From an uncultured beta proteobacterium (lineage in GTDB: Bacteria > Pseudomonadota > Gammaproteobacteria > Burkholderiales > Burkholderiaceae_A): a stretch of DNA of 64,000 nucleotides. Positions 40,075 to 50,899 of this stretch are shown in pieces. Position numbers and translations under genes: made by a program. The notes beneath the pieces were generated by a model, which was given only the letters and a program-made list of their open reading frames with translations, made no database searches and was not told the origin of the DNA. Within the stretch, counting starts at the first letter, position 1. Each line of letters opens with the position of its first letter. Where the stretch lies: the NCBI GenBank assembly GCA_902586195.1, contig CACIGF010000004.1, positions 3,296-67,295 on the forward strand, in the 5' to 3' direction.

Positions 40075-41018
40075 AAAAAAGAAAAATTTTATTTATTGCA
40101 AATGAGATAGAAAAGTTATTGCCTAAGGTTGATACAACTGTTTTTTTGATTCAACAGGCTTGGGTTGAAAAATATGAAGTGTGGTTCTGCACTTTGGAAA
40201 ATTTAGGTATAAATACATCAAGTAAATTAGTCTATTACGTTAACGCAAATAATTTAATACCAGGGAATAATTGTAAATGGTTTAGGAGAGAAAAACTTGT
40301 TAAAGTTAATCTTTTGTCTTTTTCAGCGATCATTGTGCGGACAGATCCACCTTTCAATCAACAATATTTGCTCAGCATGAATATTTTAGATTTTGTGACA
40401 GAAAAAGGAGTTAAAGTCGTTAATTCGCCTGAATCGTTGCGAAAATTTAATGAAAAACTATTTGCACTGAGGTTTCCTGAGCATACCCCCGCTACACTCA
40501 TATCATCGAATAAAACAGAAATTAAAAACTTTTTAAAATCAAAAAAACAGGTTGTACTCAAACCATTAAATTTAATGGGAGGACAAGGAATTTTTCTAAT
40601 AACAAATGGGGATAACAATTTAGATACAATCATTGATTCTACTACCAATAAAGGAAGAGATAAAATTGTAAGTCAAGAATTTCTTGTGAATATAAAGGGA
40701 GGAGATAAACGTATAATTATTATTAACGGGATTGTCGAGAGATACGCTCTTTGTAGAAAACCAAAAAAGCAATCCATTATCGCGAATTTGGCTGGGGGTG
40801 GAATAGCCTCGATTGTTAAGCTGAGCCAAGAGGAACTTGAAATTGCGAGATCAGTTGCTGAGGCTATTAAGGAAGATATTTTTTTTGCAGGTTTGGACAT
40901 GATAGATAAAAAAATCACAGAAATAAATATTACGAGTCCAACTGGAATGCGACAAATTGCTGATCACAAAAGTTCCTATCTTGGTTCTTTCTTTTATGAT
41001 CAGCTCATGAAGCTATAA
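40071..41018 (+). CDS. gshB: glutathione synthetase
   Basis: ATP-grasp protein with VRTDPPF, VLKPL.LMGGQGIF, QEFL and GDKRIIIING motifs. Confidence 0.85.
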   Translation: MKKRKILFIANEIEKLLPKVDTTVFLIQQAWVEKYEVWFCTLENLGINTSSKLVYYVNANNLIPGNNCKWFRREKLVKVNLLSFSAIIVRTDPPFNQQYLLSMNILDFVTEKGVKVVNSPESLRKFNEKLFALRFPEHTPATLISSNKTEIKNFLKSKKQVVLKPLNLMGGQGIFLITNGDNNLDTIIDSTTNKGRDKIVSQEFLVNIKGGDKRIIIINGIVERYALCRKPKKQSIIANLAGGGIASIVKLSQEELEIARSVAEAIKEDIFFAGLDMIDKKITEINITSPTGMRQIADHKSSYLGSFFYDQLMKL

Positions 41019-41023
41019 CAGTA

Positions 41024-41419
41024 ATGAAATATTTTTTTTTAGTTTGTCATAAACCTCTGGGGTCATCACTGCAAAAATGTGTTGAATTTTCCATCGGAAA
41101 ATCAATAGAGGAGATTATAAACATTGAGATCACTCCTAATGAAAACCTCATGGAAATACAAAACCTTATAGAAAAAGCTTGGCGCAAATGTGGAAAGCCG
41201 CAAGAAATTTTTGTCTTCTCAGATTTGAAAGGAGCCACGCCATGCAATGGACTATTTAGTTGGCTCAGGGGGAAAGAGATTTTTTATAGAGGTGTTACGG
41301 GTGTAAATCTGCCAATGTTAGTGTGCGCTATTAATCACAAAAATTTATCACTTGATGCACTTCTTGAAAAAGTTTTAGAGGCGAAAGACAAAGGCATTCA
41401 ATCTTTAAATATCTTTTGA
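41024..41419 (+). CDS. PTS EIIA component, mannose/fructose family (PtsM-like, regulatory PTS)
   Basis: 131 aa with an N-terminal LVCHKPLGSSL containing the putative phosphorylatable His. It sits immediately before the HPr and EI genes. Confidence 0.65.
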   Translation: MKYFFLVCHKPLGSSLQKCVEFSIGKSIEEIINIEITPNENLMEIQNLIEKAWRKCGKPQEIFVFSDLKGATPCNGLFSWLRGKEIFYRGVTGVNLPMLVCAINHKNLSLDALLEKVLEAKDKGIQSLNIF

Positions 41420-41420
41420 A

Positions 41421-41693
41421 ATGGAATATAAAAAACTGATACTTACAAACAAGTTGGGATTACATTTGAGGGCTGCCTCTAAACTTTCAACCTTAGCTAC
41501 GACTTTTCAATGTGATATTTCGATATCTAACGGAGATGGAAATAATATCAATGCAAAAAGTGTGCTCGGAATAACAATGCTAGCTGCTGGTTTCGGAACA
41601 TCAGTGTACATAAAAGCCTCAGGGAAAGATGAAAAAGACGCAATTAACGAGATTGAAAAGCTTTTCAATAACAAATTTGGAGAAGAATCTTAA
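41421..41693 (+). CDS. ptsH: phosphocarrier protein HPr
   Basis: LTNKLGLHLRAASKL (His15 region) and NAKSVLGITML (Ser46 region). Confidence 0.85.
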   Translation: MEYKKLILTNKLGLHLRAASKLSTLATTFQCDISISNGDGNNINAKSVLGITMLAAGFGTSVYIKASGKDEKDAINEIEKLFNNKFGEES

Positions 41694-41695
41694 TC

Positions 41696-43366
41696 ATGTT
41701 TACCTTGATGGGTCACGGAATTGGGACAGATATAATCATAGCTAAAGCTTGGGTTAATATGTACTTTTCCGGTTTAGAAATAAGATACTCTGAAATTTCG
41801 GATTCCGAAATTACTTCTGAGATTGGTAGGTTAAGGCGTGCAATAGGAATGCTTGACAAGGATTTTAAGGATATCTCAGAATCCTTTAAAAACTCTAAAA
41901 CCGGTGATTTTGATAACCTATTAGACAGTCATAGGCTCATAATAAATGATCCGCTACTAATTGTTGAAACTGAAAAAAGAATCGCAGAATCATTGATCAA
42001 TGCAGAGTGTGCACTAGTAAGACAATTAGATTTTATCGTAGAACAGTTTTCGAAAATATCAAACCCTTATTTTCAAGAAAGGAAGATCGATGTTGAGCAA
42101 ATTGTTGGTCAACTTGTAAAGAAGCTCAGCCTAATTGATCATATCCAAAACCCACGAAAACCAGATGCCGAATTAGCAGACAAAAATGAAGCAAGCTGGA
42201 TTTGTTTATCTGATCAAATGTCTATCAACGAAATTTCTAAATTTATAAAAGAGGGAGTTAAAGGGTTCGCTATTGAATCAGGAAGCCCTACCTCTCATCT
42301 AGCAACTCTTTTCAAGAGTCTCGAAATCCCAGCTATCCTTGGTCTGCAAGAGCATAATGAACTGGTTGAGCATGGCGAGAGAGTGATTTTAGATAGCGAA
42401 TCTGGTGTTCTGTTGGCGGGATTGGACAGTTATATTCTTGCTGAATACCAGGAAAGAATAAGGAAAGGAGTTCAAAAAAAACAAAAACTGAAGGTTTTCG
42501 TTAATGTTCCCTGCCAAACTAAAAATCAAGTTGATATTGGTCTAATGGCGAATATCGAGAACCCTAAAGAGGTAATCAAAGCAATTGAACTAGGAGTATC
42601 AGGTATAGGATTATTTAGGACAGAATTTCTTTTTTTAGAAAAAAATAAAATTCTTAGTGAGGATGAACAATTTGAAGCATATAAGCATGTGGTTGAAGCC
42701 CTTAACCCTCTGCCGGTTGTTATAAGAACTCTGGACCTCGGAGCCGATAAGTTACCCTCTAGTTTGTCCAGTAAATTCACTAAAGACTCTAACCCGGCTC
42801 TAGGTCAGAGAGGCATCAGATTTAGTCTGGAAAATCCAGATTTTTTTAAGGTACAAATAAATGCAATCTTAAGAGCATCTAAATTCGGCAATGTAAAAAT
42901 TATGCTTCCGCTCATTACCGAAAAAGAAGAAATTATCAAAGCTAAGCAGCTTATTTATCAATCGTTACATAACGTTTCGGAGACATACTGTTATGATTTA
43001 AATACACCCGCTATAGGAGCTATGATAGAAGTACCATCAGCTGCAATAACAATAGAATCTCTAATCCCGCATATCGACTTCGCTTCTTTGGGAACCAATG
43101 ACTTAATACAATACACACTTGCAATAGATAGAACTAACAATAAAGTATCCCATCTATATAATCCAGGACACCCTGCTGTACAGTTTTTGATTGAAAATGT
43201 AATTAAGTCATGCATTAGGGAAAATTGTCCTGTTTCAATTTGTGGGGAACTAGCAAACGACATTGTACAAACTAAAAAATTTTTTCAAATGGGTCTGAGA
43301 GAAGTGTCAACTAACGTCAGTGACATTTTAAAGATGAAAGAAGCAATTTCTAAAATAACCCTATAA
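41696..43366 (+). CDS. ptsI: phosphoenolpyruvate-protein phosphotransferase (Enzyme I)
   Basis: Phospho-His region [13 protein letters not shown]-utilising domain motifs [21 protein letters not shown] and [14 protein letters not shown], and the active-site Cys in ICGELA. Confidence 0.9.
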   Translation: MFTLMGHGIGTDIIIAKAWVNMYFSGLEIRYSEISDSEITSEIGRLRRAIGMLDKDFKDISESFKNSKTGDFDNLLDSHRLIINDPLLIVETEKRIAESLINAECALVRQLDFIVEQFSKISNPYFQERKIDVEQIVGQLVKKLSLIDHIQNPRKPDAELADKNEASWICLSDQMSINEISKFIKEGVKGFAIESGSPTSHLATLFKSLEIPAILGLQEHNELVEHGERVILDSESGVLLAGLDSYILAEYQERIRKGVQKKQKLKVFVNVPCQTKNQVDIGLMANIENPKEVIKAIELGVSGIGLFRTEFLFLEKNKILSEDEQFEAYKHVVEALNPLPVVIRTLDLGADKLPSSLSSKFTKDSNPALGQRGIRFSLENPDFFKVQINAILRASKFGNVKIMLPLITEKEEIIKAKQLIYQSLHNVSETYCYDLNTPAIGAMIEVPSAAITIESLIPHIDFASLGTNDLIQYTLAIDRTNNKVSHLYNPGHPAVQFLIENVIKSCIRENCPVSICGELANDIVQTKKFFQMGLREVSTNVSDILKMKEAISKITL

Positions 43367-43374
43367 CAATTAAA

Positions 43375-44481
43375 ATGATTTATACAGAAGACAAAATTTG
43401 TCAAATTAAGAAACCTCTTAAATTAAAAAGTGGAGAGGTTCTCGAATCCTACAACTTGACATATGAAACGCATGGGGTTTTATCTAAAAACTCAAATAAT
43501 GCGGTTCTGGTTTGCCATGCCTTAAATGCATCTCATCATATTGCGGGGATCAGGAAAACCACTAAGGACTTAGGTTGGTGGGATAATATGATTGGGCCTG
43601 GAAAACCTATTGACACAGATTCATTCTTCGTTATTGGAGTCAATAATATTGGTTCGTGTTTTGGATCAACCGGGCCGGCCTCAATTAACCCAAAAACCGG
43701 CAAACCTTATGGTAGTGACTTTCCCCTATTAACTGTGGAAGATTGGGTGAACTCGCAAGCGGTGTTTGCTGACTTTCTTGGGATAAAAAAATTTGTCGCA
43801 ATAATCGGTGGAAGCCTAGGTGGAATGCAGGTTCTACAGTGGAGTATTTCTTTTCCCGATCGATTGGAAAATGCGATTATAATAGCCTCGACCGCACGCC
43901 TCACCGCGCAAAACATCGCATTTAATGAAATAGCCAGAAGAGCAATAATTACGGACAAATCGTTTCATGGAGGTGACTATTATTCAGAGAATACTTTTCC
44001 GAATATAGGTCTATCAATTGCTCGTATGCTTGCTCACATAACATATCTATCTCAAGATGGGATGACAGAAAAGTTTGGAAGAAATCTACAAGAAAAAAAA
44101 GATTATTCTTTTTCGTATGAAATAGATTTTCAGATAGAATCATACCTTAGATATCAAGGCGAAAAGTTTTCGCACAAATTTGACGCTAACTCTTACTTAC
44201 TTATAACGAGAGTTTTAGATTATTTCGACCCGGCTGGTGAGGCCAACGGTGATTTAGTAAAGGCATTAAAAGTTGTCAAGGCGAAGTTTCTCCTAATCTC
44301 ATTTACCTCTGACTGGAGATTTTCTCCCAGTCATTCCAAGGAATTAGTATCAGCTCTGTTGGAAAATAATGTTCAGGTTTCGTATTCTGAAATAAAATCT
44401 GAATATGGGCACGACTCCTTCTTATTAGAAGATCCAGGTTACCATGAGCTGATTCGTGTATTCTTCAGTAATATGTTGTGA
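43375..44481 (+). CDS. metX: homoserine O-acyltransferase MetX (acetyl- versus succinyl-specificity not determinable here)
   Basis: [12 protein letters not shown], nucleophile elbow GGSLGGMQ, and C-terminal SDWRFSP...YGHDSFL. Confidence 0.9.
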   Translation: MIYTEDKICQIKKPLKLKSGEVLESYNLTYETHGVLSKNSNNAVLVCHALNASHHIAGIRKTTKDLGWWDNMIGPGKPIDTDSFFVIGVNNIGSCFGSTGPASINPKTGKPYGSDFPLLTVEDWVNSQAVFADFLGIKKFVAIIGGSLGGMQVLQWSISFPDRLENAIIIASTARLTAQNIAFNEIARRAIITDKSFHGGDYYSENTFPNIGLSIARMLAHITYLSQDGMTEKFGRNLQEKKDYSFSYEIDFQIESYLRYQGEKFSHKFDANSYLLITRVLDYFDPAGEANGDLVKALKVVKAKFLLISFTSDWRFSPSHSKELVSALLENNVQVSYSEIKSEYGHDSFLLEDPGYHELIRVFFSNML

Positions 44482-45089
44482 TTGCCATGATTTTAAGAGA
44501 TGACCTAAAAGTAATTGCCCAGAGAATACCACATCAATCTAGAGTGTTGGATCTAGGGTGTGGTGATGGGTCTCTCATTAAGTGGTTAGAACTTAAAAAA
44601 GAATGTAAGTGTTATGGGGTAGAAATTTCTGCTGAAAAAGTTTTGCAGTGCATGGAAAAAAAGGTTAATGTCATTCAAGCAGATATCGAGGAAGGATTGT
44701 CTATTTTGGATAATAATAAGTTTGATGTGGTTGTTCTCTCTCAAGCGCTTCAGGCTACTCTTAAAACCGAAATTGTGTTAAAAAAAATAAGTGAATTGGG
44801 TCACACTGTGATTTTAAGCATACCGAATTTTGGTTACTGGACCCATGTACTAGACCTATTGCTAGGCAATATGCCAGTTAATGATAGGCTTCCGTTTCAA
44901 TGGTATGACACTCCAAATCTTCACTTTGCAACTATTAAAGATTTTGAGGATCTTCTTCGGAAGCTAAACTTTAAAAGAATGAAAGGATTTTACTTAAAAG
45001 AATCAAAAACTGGCTCAATAAAAAAAATAATATTCCTACCTTCTCTAAGGTGCACGACCGCAATTTATCAATTTAGTAAATCAAATTAA
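44478..45089 (+). CDS. metW: methionine biosynthesis protein MetW
   Basis: [13 protein letters not shown] methyltransferase-fold motif, the LSIPNFGYW and [10 protein letters not shown] patterns, and a GTGA overlap with metX. Confidence 0.85.
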   Translation: MIAMILRDDLKVIAQRIPHQSRVLDLGCGDGSLIKWLELKKECKCYGVEISAEKVLQCMEKKVNVIQADIEEGLSILDNNKFDVVVLSQALQATLKTEIVLKKISELGHTVILSIPNFGYWTHVLDLLLGNMPVNDRLPFQWYDTPNLHFATIKDFEDLLRKLNFKRMKGFYLKESKTGSIKKIIFLPSLRCTTAIYQFSKSN

Positions 45090-46576
45090 CTTTTCCAAAA
45101 TGATACAGAAAAGAATACAAAAATTGTTAACAGTTCTAATCTTCCTAGAAGCATAACTACCGATAATATGGAGAGTTGTATATCGCTCAAAATTCCATAA
45201 TTAGCAGACGGACCAAGTTCAAATAAAGCTGGTCCAAGATTGTTTATGCATGCCAAAGCAGCTGATATAGATGCTCCCGCCGATAAACCTGTAGAGGTAA
45301 GGAAAAGAAATGCTGTAACTAATGTAAGTAGATAAAAGAACATGAAAGCTAAGACTGCCAGAATAACCCTATTTGCAACAGTTTGATTTCCAATTTTGAT
45401 AGGAATAATTGCGTGAGGATGAACGGTTCTTAAAATTTCTCTTCTGGCTTGCTTCAGCATAATGATAGCCCTAATGAGTTTTACCCCACCCCCAGTAGAG
45501 CCAGAACACGTTGTAAAACATGAAAGTAAAAGCATAAGCGAAAAAGTTATCGTGGGCCACAAATTGTAATCTGTAGTAGCATAACCAGTTGTGGTGGCGA
45601 TAGACACAACATTAAAAACTGTAATACGAGCAATTGTCGACAAACTACTCTCATCCGAAAAACTTATTAACAGCACTAAAAATATAAACGCTACAGAAAT
45701 AAAGATGATAGAAAAAAAATATCTAGCCTCTATGCTTTGCAAGTAAGCCTTTAAGGAAAAGGATCTTAAGGCGGCAAAATGTAAAGTAAAATTCATTGCC
45801 GCAAGTAACATAAAAAAAACTGCAACTACTTCTATTTTAAAGCTGTTAAAAAAGCCAATACTTTCATCATAAGTCGACAAACCGCCTATACTAACCGTGG
45901 TAAATGCATGGGCCAATGCATCAAATAACTCCATTCCCGCTACCCAATAGCCAACACAACAAAATAATGTTAAGAAAACGTAGATCGTCCACAAAGCTTT
46001 GGCCGTCTCTGCAATCCGAGGTGTAAATTTCTTATCTTTCATAGGTCCGGATGCCTCAGCTCTAAAGATCTGCATACCTCCAACGCCGAACATTGGTAAT
46101 ATGGCAATCGTCAAAACTAAAATTCCCATACCTCCCAACCACTGTAGTATGGCTCTCCAAATTAGTATTGCTTTGGGCATAAGTTCTAACCCAGAGAAAA
46201 TTGTCGCCCCAGTTGTTGTTAGTCCGGAAACAGCTTCAAAAAAAGCTCGAATAAATGACATGTTTTCATCGAACATTAAAAACGGAGTTGATGATATCGT
46301 TGAAAGTAAAATCCAAACCAGCAATACTAGCGTTAAGCCATCCTTAGCTTGTAGCTCTGAGGAGCTTTGAGGGTAAGATTTTGTTTTTTTAAATAAAGTG
46401 AATATTATTATGCCAAAAGCAAAAAATAGAATCCCTAATATAATGAAGTCGGTCCAAATTGGTTCTGCATAGAGATAACCAATCAATGCTGGAAAAAAAA
46501 GAAATAATGAGAAGAAAGAGGTAATTAAACCAACTATCGAGAGAACTTCACTAAGGCGCCGAGAGAAAATTACCAC
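45086..46576 (-). CDS. trkH: Trk-type potassium uptake protein TrkH
   Basis: Polytopic membrane protein with the repeated pore-loop motifs SGLTTTGAT, SIGGLST, TTGYAT and GSTGGGVK. Confidence 0.85.
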   Translation of the reverse strand: MVIFSRRLSEVLSIVGLITSFFSLFLFFPALIGYLYAEPIWTDFIILGILFFAFGIIIFTLFKKTKSYPQSSSELQAKDGLTLVLLVWILLSTISSTPFLMFDENMSFIRAFFEAVSGLTTTGATIFSGLELMPKAILIWRAILQWLGGMGILVLTIAILPMFGVGGMQIFRAEASGPMKDKKFTPRIAETAKALWTIYVFLTLFCCVGYWVAGMELFDALAHAFTTVSIGGLSTYDESIGFFNSFKIEVVAVFFMLLAAMNFTLHFAALRSFSLKAYLQSIEARYFFSIIFISVAFIFLVLLISFSDESSLSTIARITVFNVVSIATTTGYATTDYNLWPTITFSLMLLLSCFTTCSGSTGGGVKLIRAIIMLKQARREILRTVHPHAIIPIKIGNQTVANRVILAVLAFMFFYLLTLVTAFLFLTSTGLSAGASISAALACINNLGPALFELGPSANYGILSDIQLSILSVVMLLGRLELLTIFVFFSVSFWKS

Positions 46577-46591
46577 CGTTTCCCAATAATC

Positions 46592-47983
46592 TCAAAAAAA
46601 TCTGGCCGAAACTGTGAACATTTTCTCTATATCAGAGATTATCTTACGATTTGAAACAAAGACAATCAAATGATCATTGTTATTAATAATCAAATCATGA
46701 TGTGCCATTAAAGCTAAATTCTCCCCGTCCACTTCACGAACTATAGCTCCTAAGAATGAGCCCTTTGGCATTTTTATTTGTTCTACCATTCGCCCAACAA
46801 CTTTTGAGGTAGTCCTATCTCCGTGAACAATTATTTCTAATGCTTCAGCCGCTCCACGCTTTAAACTATGAACAGCCTCTATATCCCCCCTTCTGATATA
46901 TTTTAATAATTCCCCAACAGTTGCATGCGAGGGAGTGATGGTAATATCAATATTCCCTCCTTCAACTAATTCTGCGTAAGCCTTCCTATTGATTAAAGAC
47001 ATGACCCTTTTAGCACCCAGCCGTTTGGCCAAGAGGGCGGACATGATGTTATTTTCATCATCATTTGTCAATGCTACAAACATATCAATATCTGCGACAT
47101 TCTCTTCAGTCAGAAGGGCCTCATCTGTTGCATCTCCATAAATAACTAAGGCTTTACTTCCCAAGACATTTGAGATTTTTTCACACCTAATCTTGTTGTG
47201 GTCAATAATTTTAAGCGTCAGTGATTCAGAAATTGAGTGAGCCACCCGTACTCCAACATTTCCACCTCCGGCTATCATAACCTTACGGACAGGACGATCA
47301 ATTTGCCGCAGTTCTCTTAGAACTTGAGACACATTTTCCGTCGCAACCAAAACAAACACTTCATCTCCTACCTCTATGTTAGTGGTGGCATCTGGTAACA
47401 ACGCTATCCCATTACGATAAACGGAGACAATCCTGCAATCTACAGTTGGGAGATGATCCCTTAAATCACTAATCGGATGGCTAACTAAAAGACCTCCACG
47501 ATGAGCTATAACGGTCAACATGGTGACGATTCCATTTGCGAATTCAGTAACTTGAAGCGCTTCAGGTATTTGAATTAATCGCTTGATGGTCTCAGTCACA
47601 GAGGTTTCCGGGCTAATTATTTTGTCAACAGCAAACCCATCCTCTGTTAAAAGTTCGCTGTTATTTAACCACTGCATAGATCTAGTCCTAGCTATTCGTT
47701 GAGGGACATTAAAAACTTTGAAAGCTATCTTACAAGCAACTAAATTCACCTCATCATCAGCCGTTACAGCAACCATCATATCGACATCCTCGATTCCAGC
47801 ATCTCTAAGAACGTCAATAGAAGTAGCTGTTCCAGCAACTGTTCGCAAATCAAATCTTTCCTGCAAATTATCTAATGCTTCAGTATGCGTATCAACCACA
47901 GTTACGTCACTTTTGTCATCACTAACCAACATTTCCGCTAGACTTGAGCCTACTCTTCCAGCACCTAGAATTAAAATCTTCAT
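46592..47983 (-). CDS. trkA: Trk system potassium uptake protein TrkA
   Basis: Two tandem RCK/KTN NAD-binding domains (MKILILGAGRVGSSLA and VMIAGGGNVGVRVA). Its start overlaps the ntrX-like stop (TAATG). Confidence 0.9.
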   Translation of the reverse strand: MKILILGAGRVGSSLAEMLVSDDKSDVTVVDTHTEALDNLQERFDLRTVAGTATSIDVLRDAGIEDVDMMVAVTADDEVNLVACKIAFKVFNVPQRIARTRSMQWLNNSELLTEDGFAVDKIISPETSVTETIKRLIQIPEALQVTEFANGIVTMLTVIAHRGGLLVSHPISDLRDHLPTVDCRIVSVYRNGIALLPDATTNIEVGDEVFVLVATENVSQVLRELRQIDRPVRKVMIAGGGNVGVRVAHSISESLTLKIIDHNKIRCEKISNVLGSKALVIYGDATDEALLTEENVADIDMFVALTNDDENNIMSALLAKRLGAKRVMSLINRKAYAELVEGGNIDITITPSHATVGELLKYIRRGDIEAVHSLKRGAAEALEIIVHGDRTTSKVVGRMVEQIKMPKGSFLGAIVREVDGENLALMAHHDLIINNNDHLIVFVSNRKIISDIEKMFTVSARFF

Positions 47984-48744
47984 TATTGATTGTTCTTTTT
48001 CAGGACCCCCCTTTGGAGCTCCATCCCTAACTGTCGTATTTTTCTGTAAAGATGAGTTCTTTCTAAGCCAGACCTTTCAGCAAGCCTGGTCATGCTACCT
48101 TGTAATTTTGCTAATTGGTAACTGAGGTAAATTCTTTCAAAAGAGTCTCTGGCTTCTCTCAAAGGTGAGTCCAGATTAATCATGGATAATTCTTTCTTTG
48201 CCTCAGATAATGCTGAGGATTCTTTCGTTAATTGCTCATCTTCCGTCACAACTATTTTCTGCACTTGGAGTTTTTGCAGACCGCTCTTTTTTGCAACAAT
48301 CCGTTTGTCACTTACAACGACGTTTTTTTGATAAACACCCGAAGTGTTTTGTTCATTTTGACTGCTAATTAAAGAACTGATAGGTGCTTTTTCCGTTGCA
48401 TTTTTTATGGTATTGGTTAATTTAGACAGGGTAATCGGCTTCTCAAGATAATCGTATGCCCCTATCTTGGTGGCCTCGACTGCTGTATCTATTGTCGCGT
48501 GACCAGACATTACAATTACGGGGACCTGAAAACCTGTGGACATCCATTCTTTGAGTAGAGTAATTCCATCAGTGTCAGGCATCCAAATATCCAATAAAAT
48601 TACCTCAATTGAGGGTCTCTTTTTTTGCTCTCTAGCTTCCGCTCCATTTGCAGCTAATATTACTGAATGGCCCTCGTCCTGAAGGACCTCAGTCAAAAGC
48701 TCTCTGACGCCTATTTCATCATCAACAATTAATATCTCTGCCAT
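47983..48744 (-). CDS. ntrX: NtrX-like response regulator with receiver and Fis-type HTH domains only (no AAA+ module)
   Basis: REC domain (ILIVDDE...LLDIWMPDTDG...SGHAT...A.KIGAYDYLEKP) and C-terminal HTH (SMTRLAERSGLERTHLYRKIRQLG). It is only 253 aa and has no Walker A or GAFTGA sequence. It lies downstream of ntrY. Confidence 0.7.
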   Translation of the reverse strand: MAEILIVDDEIGVRELLTEVLQDEGHSVILAANGAEAREQKKRPSIEVILLDIWMPDTDGITLLKEWMSTGFQVPVIVMSGHATIDTAVEATKIGAYDYLEKPITLSKLTNTIKNATEKAPISSLISSQNEQNTSGVYQKNVVVSDKRIVAKKSGLQKLQVQKIVVTEDEQLTKESSALSEAKKELSMINLDSPLREARDSFERIYLSYQLAKLQGSMTRLAERSGLERTHLYRKIRQLGMELQRGVLKKNNQ

Positions 48745-48757
48745 AAATTCATACTTT

Positions 48758-50899
48758 CTAAGCTATTCTATCAAAAAGTAACTGAACAACCACTCCATCG
48801 CCCGGGTTTTTGTTATTTAATGTAATACCTGCATTATTTTCTTGAATTATCTTTCTTACTATCGGTAAGCCCAAACCTGTGCCCTTTGCCTTTGTAGTAG
48901 TGTAGGGGTCAAAAACCTTGGGCAAAATTTCTTCCCTTATCCCAGGTCCGTTATCCTCAATGGAAAGTAAAATTTGTTCCTTTTTTTTATGAGTGATTTT
49001 AGAGACCTTAATTCTAATTATACCTGTGGATTGATTATTAATTGCATCCTGTGCATTTTGCAATAAATTATGAAGGACCTGGAGCATTTGGTCTTTATCA
49101 AATTTGAAAAGCAATGTATCCGGAGCTTCTTTTTCATATTTTATTCGTTTATCTCCCGAATACATCTGTAAAAACTCTCTGAGTACTTTATCAAGATCCA
49201 TGTTTATAGGATTAGCTTTTGGAAGCCTTGCATATTGTTGAAACTCGTTTACCATAGTCTTCAAAGAAACTGCTTGATCAATTATCATTTTGGTTGATTT
49301 TTCTAAGATCACCTCATCATTAGTAACTAATTTCCCGGACAAACGCTTATTTAAACGTTCAGCAGAGAGAATAATAGGAGTTAATGGGTTTTTAATTTCA
49401 TGAGCTAAGCCTCGGGCCATGTCTGCCCAAGCTTGTGATTTTTGAGCTTCCAGAAGCACGGAAACATCATCAAAAACTAGAATAATTCTGTTGTTGTTGT
49501 CGAACTCTACATTTGGCAGTAAAAACGCTGTGATTATTAGGCTCAATTTGCTACCGTCTTCTCTAAAAGCATCAACCCTTTGTTGATGCTCGTTATTTTG
49601 TTTAAAAGAATCCCCGAAGTTGATCTTTTTCTCTGAAATAATTGGGATTTTGTCAATTGAGCATTCTAAGAAATTTACAAGTGAGCATCCTAATATTTTT
49701 TGAGCGCTACTGTTAAATTGCTCAAGATGCCAATCTTTATCAAAAACCATTACCCCAGTTGTTAAGCCAGCCAGAATTTGCTCGAAAAAGCGACTCGAAG
49801 TTTTCAGTTGGCGCTCACTATCCATCGCTGCTGCTTGAGCAGCACTTAATTTTGTCATCATATCGTTAAACGACAACAGAAGATCATTTAACTCGTGATT
49901 CAGCTTGTCGGTTTTTAAGGGACGAAAGTCACCCAGACCCACTACTTTAGTCGCTTTTTCTAGTGAACGTAATGGACCAATAAGCCAACCACTCAAGAGA
50001 ACAGAAGCAATAAGAGCACCTGAGACTGCTAGTAACAGAGTAAAGACCAGAGTAACACCATACATTTTACTTATTCCCTCTTTACCTAGTAAAAGTTGTT
50101 CATAATCGTTAAAACCTTTATTTAACGCTTCAATATCTTTGACCAACACTTCGGGAATTGGCTCAATCCATTGAATAATCAGTTCGTCCTCCCAATCAAT
50201 CAAATATTCTGATAGAACCAGAGCCCTGACTTGTAAAACATCTTGTTTTTTTATCGGAGACTCAATTTGTACTTGAGCTCCGGATGCTTTTAAACGATTA
50301 ATCAAAGCACTTGACGGGACATCTGGAACCAATTCTTTTGCTGAACCTTCAACAGCTAATATGGCACCTTCGGAGGAAAAAACAGAGATTTCAGCAGATT
50401 GATTTTTTGAGGCAAAAATCTTTAGAGTTTGTAACAAGTCTAATCTCGACCCAGTTTCGATCTGCGTTGCGACCTGTTTAGTTTGGGAAACTACATCTGT
50501 TTTTATGGCATCCAACGTAGCCCTCCCGAGTCCGTAACCGGAATCCAAGGCAGTATTAACACTTTGCGAAAACCAGGTGTTGATGGTTTTTGCTAAAAAC
50601 TGGTTTGACACAAAAAATACCAGGGTGACTGGAACTATGGCAATGATTGCGAAAGTAAAAGCTAACCGAATAATTAACTTAGAGCCAAAAGCCCCCTTCT
50701 TGTATCTTAACCATGCTCTTCTTACCAAAAGACCCGTAAGGATTATCATCAGTATCGATAGCAAAATATTGGCGTTGAGTAACCATGTATAATTTATGTC
50801 GATACTGGGAGAGTTGCTTGAAGCAAGAGAAAGCAAAAGCAGCAGGCCTAACGAGATTGCTCCTACGAGAAATAATGTTATCCTGAGAAAAAAGCTCAA
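48758..50899 (-). CDS. ntrY: NtrY-like sensor histidine kinase
   Basis: N-terminal transmembrane segments, HAMP (GPLRSLEKATKVVGLGDF), a PAS-like region, H-box LAHEIKNPLTPI, and an HATPase region (NLLQNAQDA, EDNGPGI, GTGLGL). Confidence 0.8.
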   Translation of the reverse strand: MSFFLRITLFLVGAISLGLLLLLSLASSNSPSIDINYTWLLNANILLSILMIILTGLLVRRAWLRYKKGAFGSKLIIRLAFTFAIIAIVPVTLVFFVSNQFLAKTINTWFSQSVNTALDSGYGLGRATLDAIKTDVVSQTKQVATQIETGSRLDLLQTLKIFASKNQSAEISVFSSEGAILAVEGSAKELVPDVPSSALINRLKASGAQVQIESPIKKQDVLQVRALVLSEYLIDWEDELIIQWIEPIPEVLVKDIEALNKGFNDYEQLLLGKEGISKMYGVTLVFTLLLAVSGALIASVLLSGWLIGPLRSLEKATKVVGLGDFRPLKTDKLNHELNDLLLSFNDMMTKLSAAQAAAMDSERQLKTSSRFFEQILAGLTTGVMVFDKDWHLEQFNSSAQKILGCSLVNFLECSIDKIPIISEKKINFGDSFKQNNEHQQRVDAFREDGSKLSLIITAFLLPNVEFDNNNRIILVFDDVSVLLEAQKSQAWADMARGLAHEIKNPLTPIILSAERLNKRLSGKLVTNDEVILEKSTKMIIDQAVSLKTMVNEFQQYARLPKANPINMDLDKVLREFLQMYSGDKRIKYEKEAPDTLLFKFDKDQMLQVLHNLLQNAQDAINNQSTGIIRIKVSKITHKKKEQILLSIEDNGPGIREEILPKVFDPYTTTKAKGTGLGLPIVRKIIQENNAGITLNNKNPGDGVVVQLLFDRIA

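Noticed and set aside
45999-48125. The + strand ORFs 45999-46370 (inside trkH) and 47718-48125 (spanning the trkA/ntrX junction).
   Set aside because: They are antisense to well-supported genes. The second crosses a gene boundary on the other strand, has Ser/Thr-rich low-complexity translation and has no ribosome-binding context.
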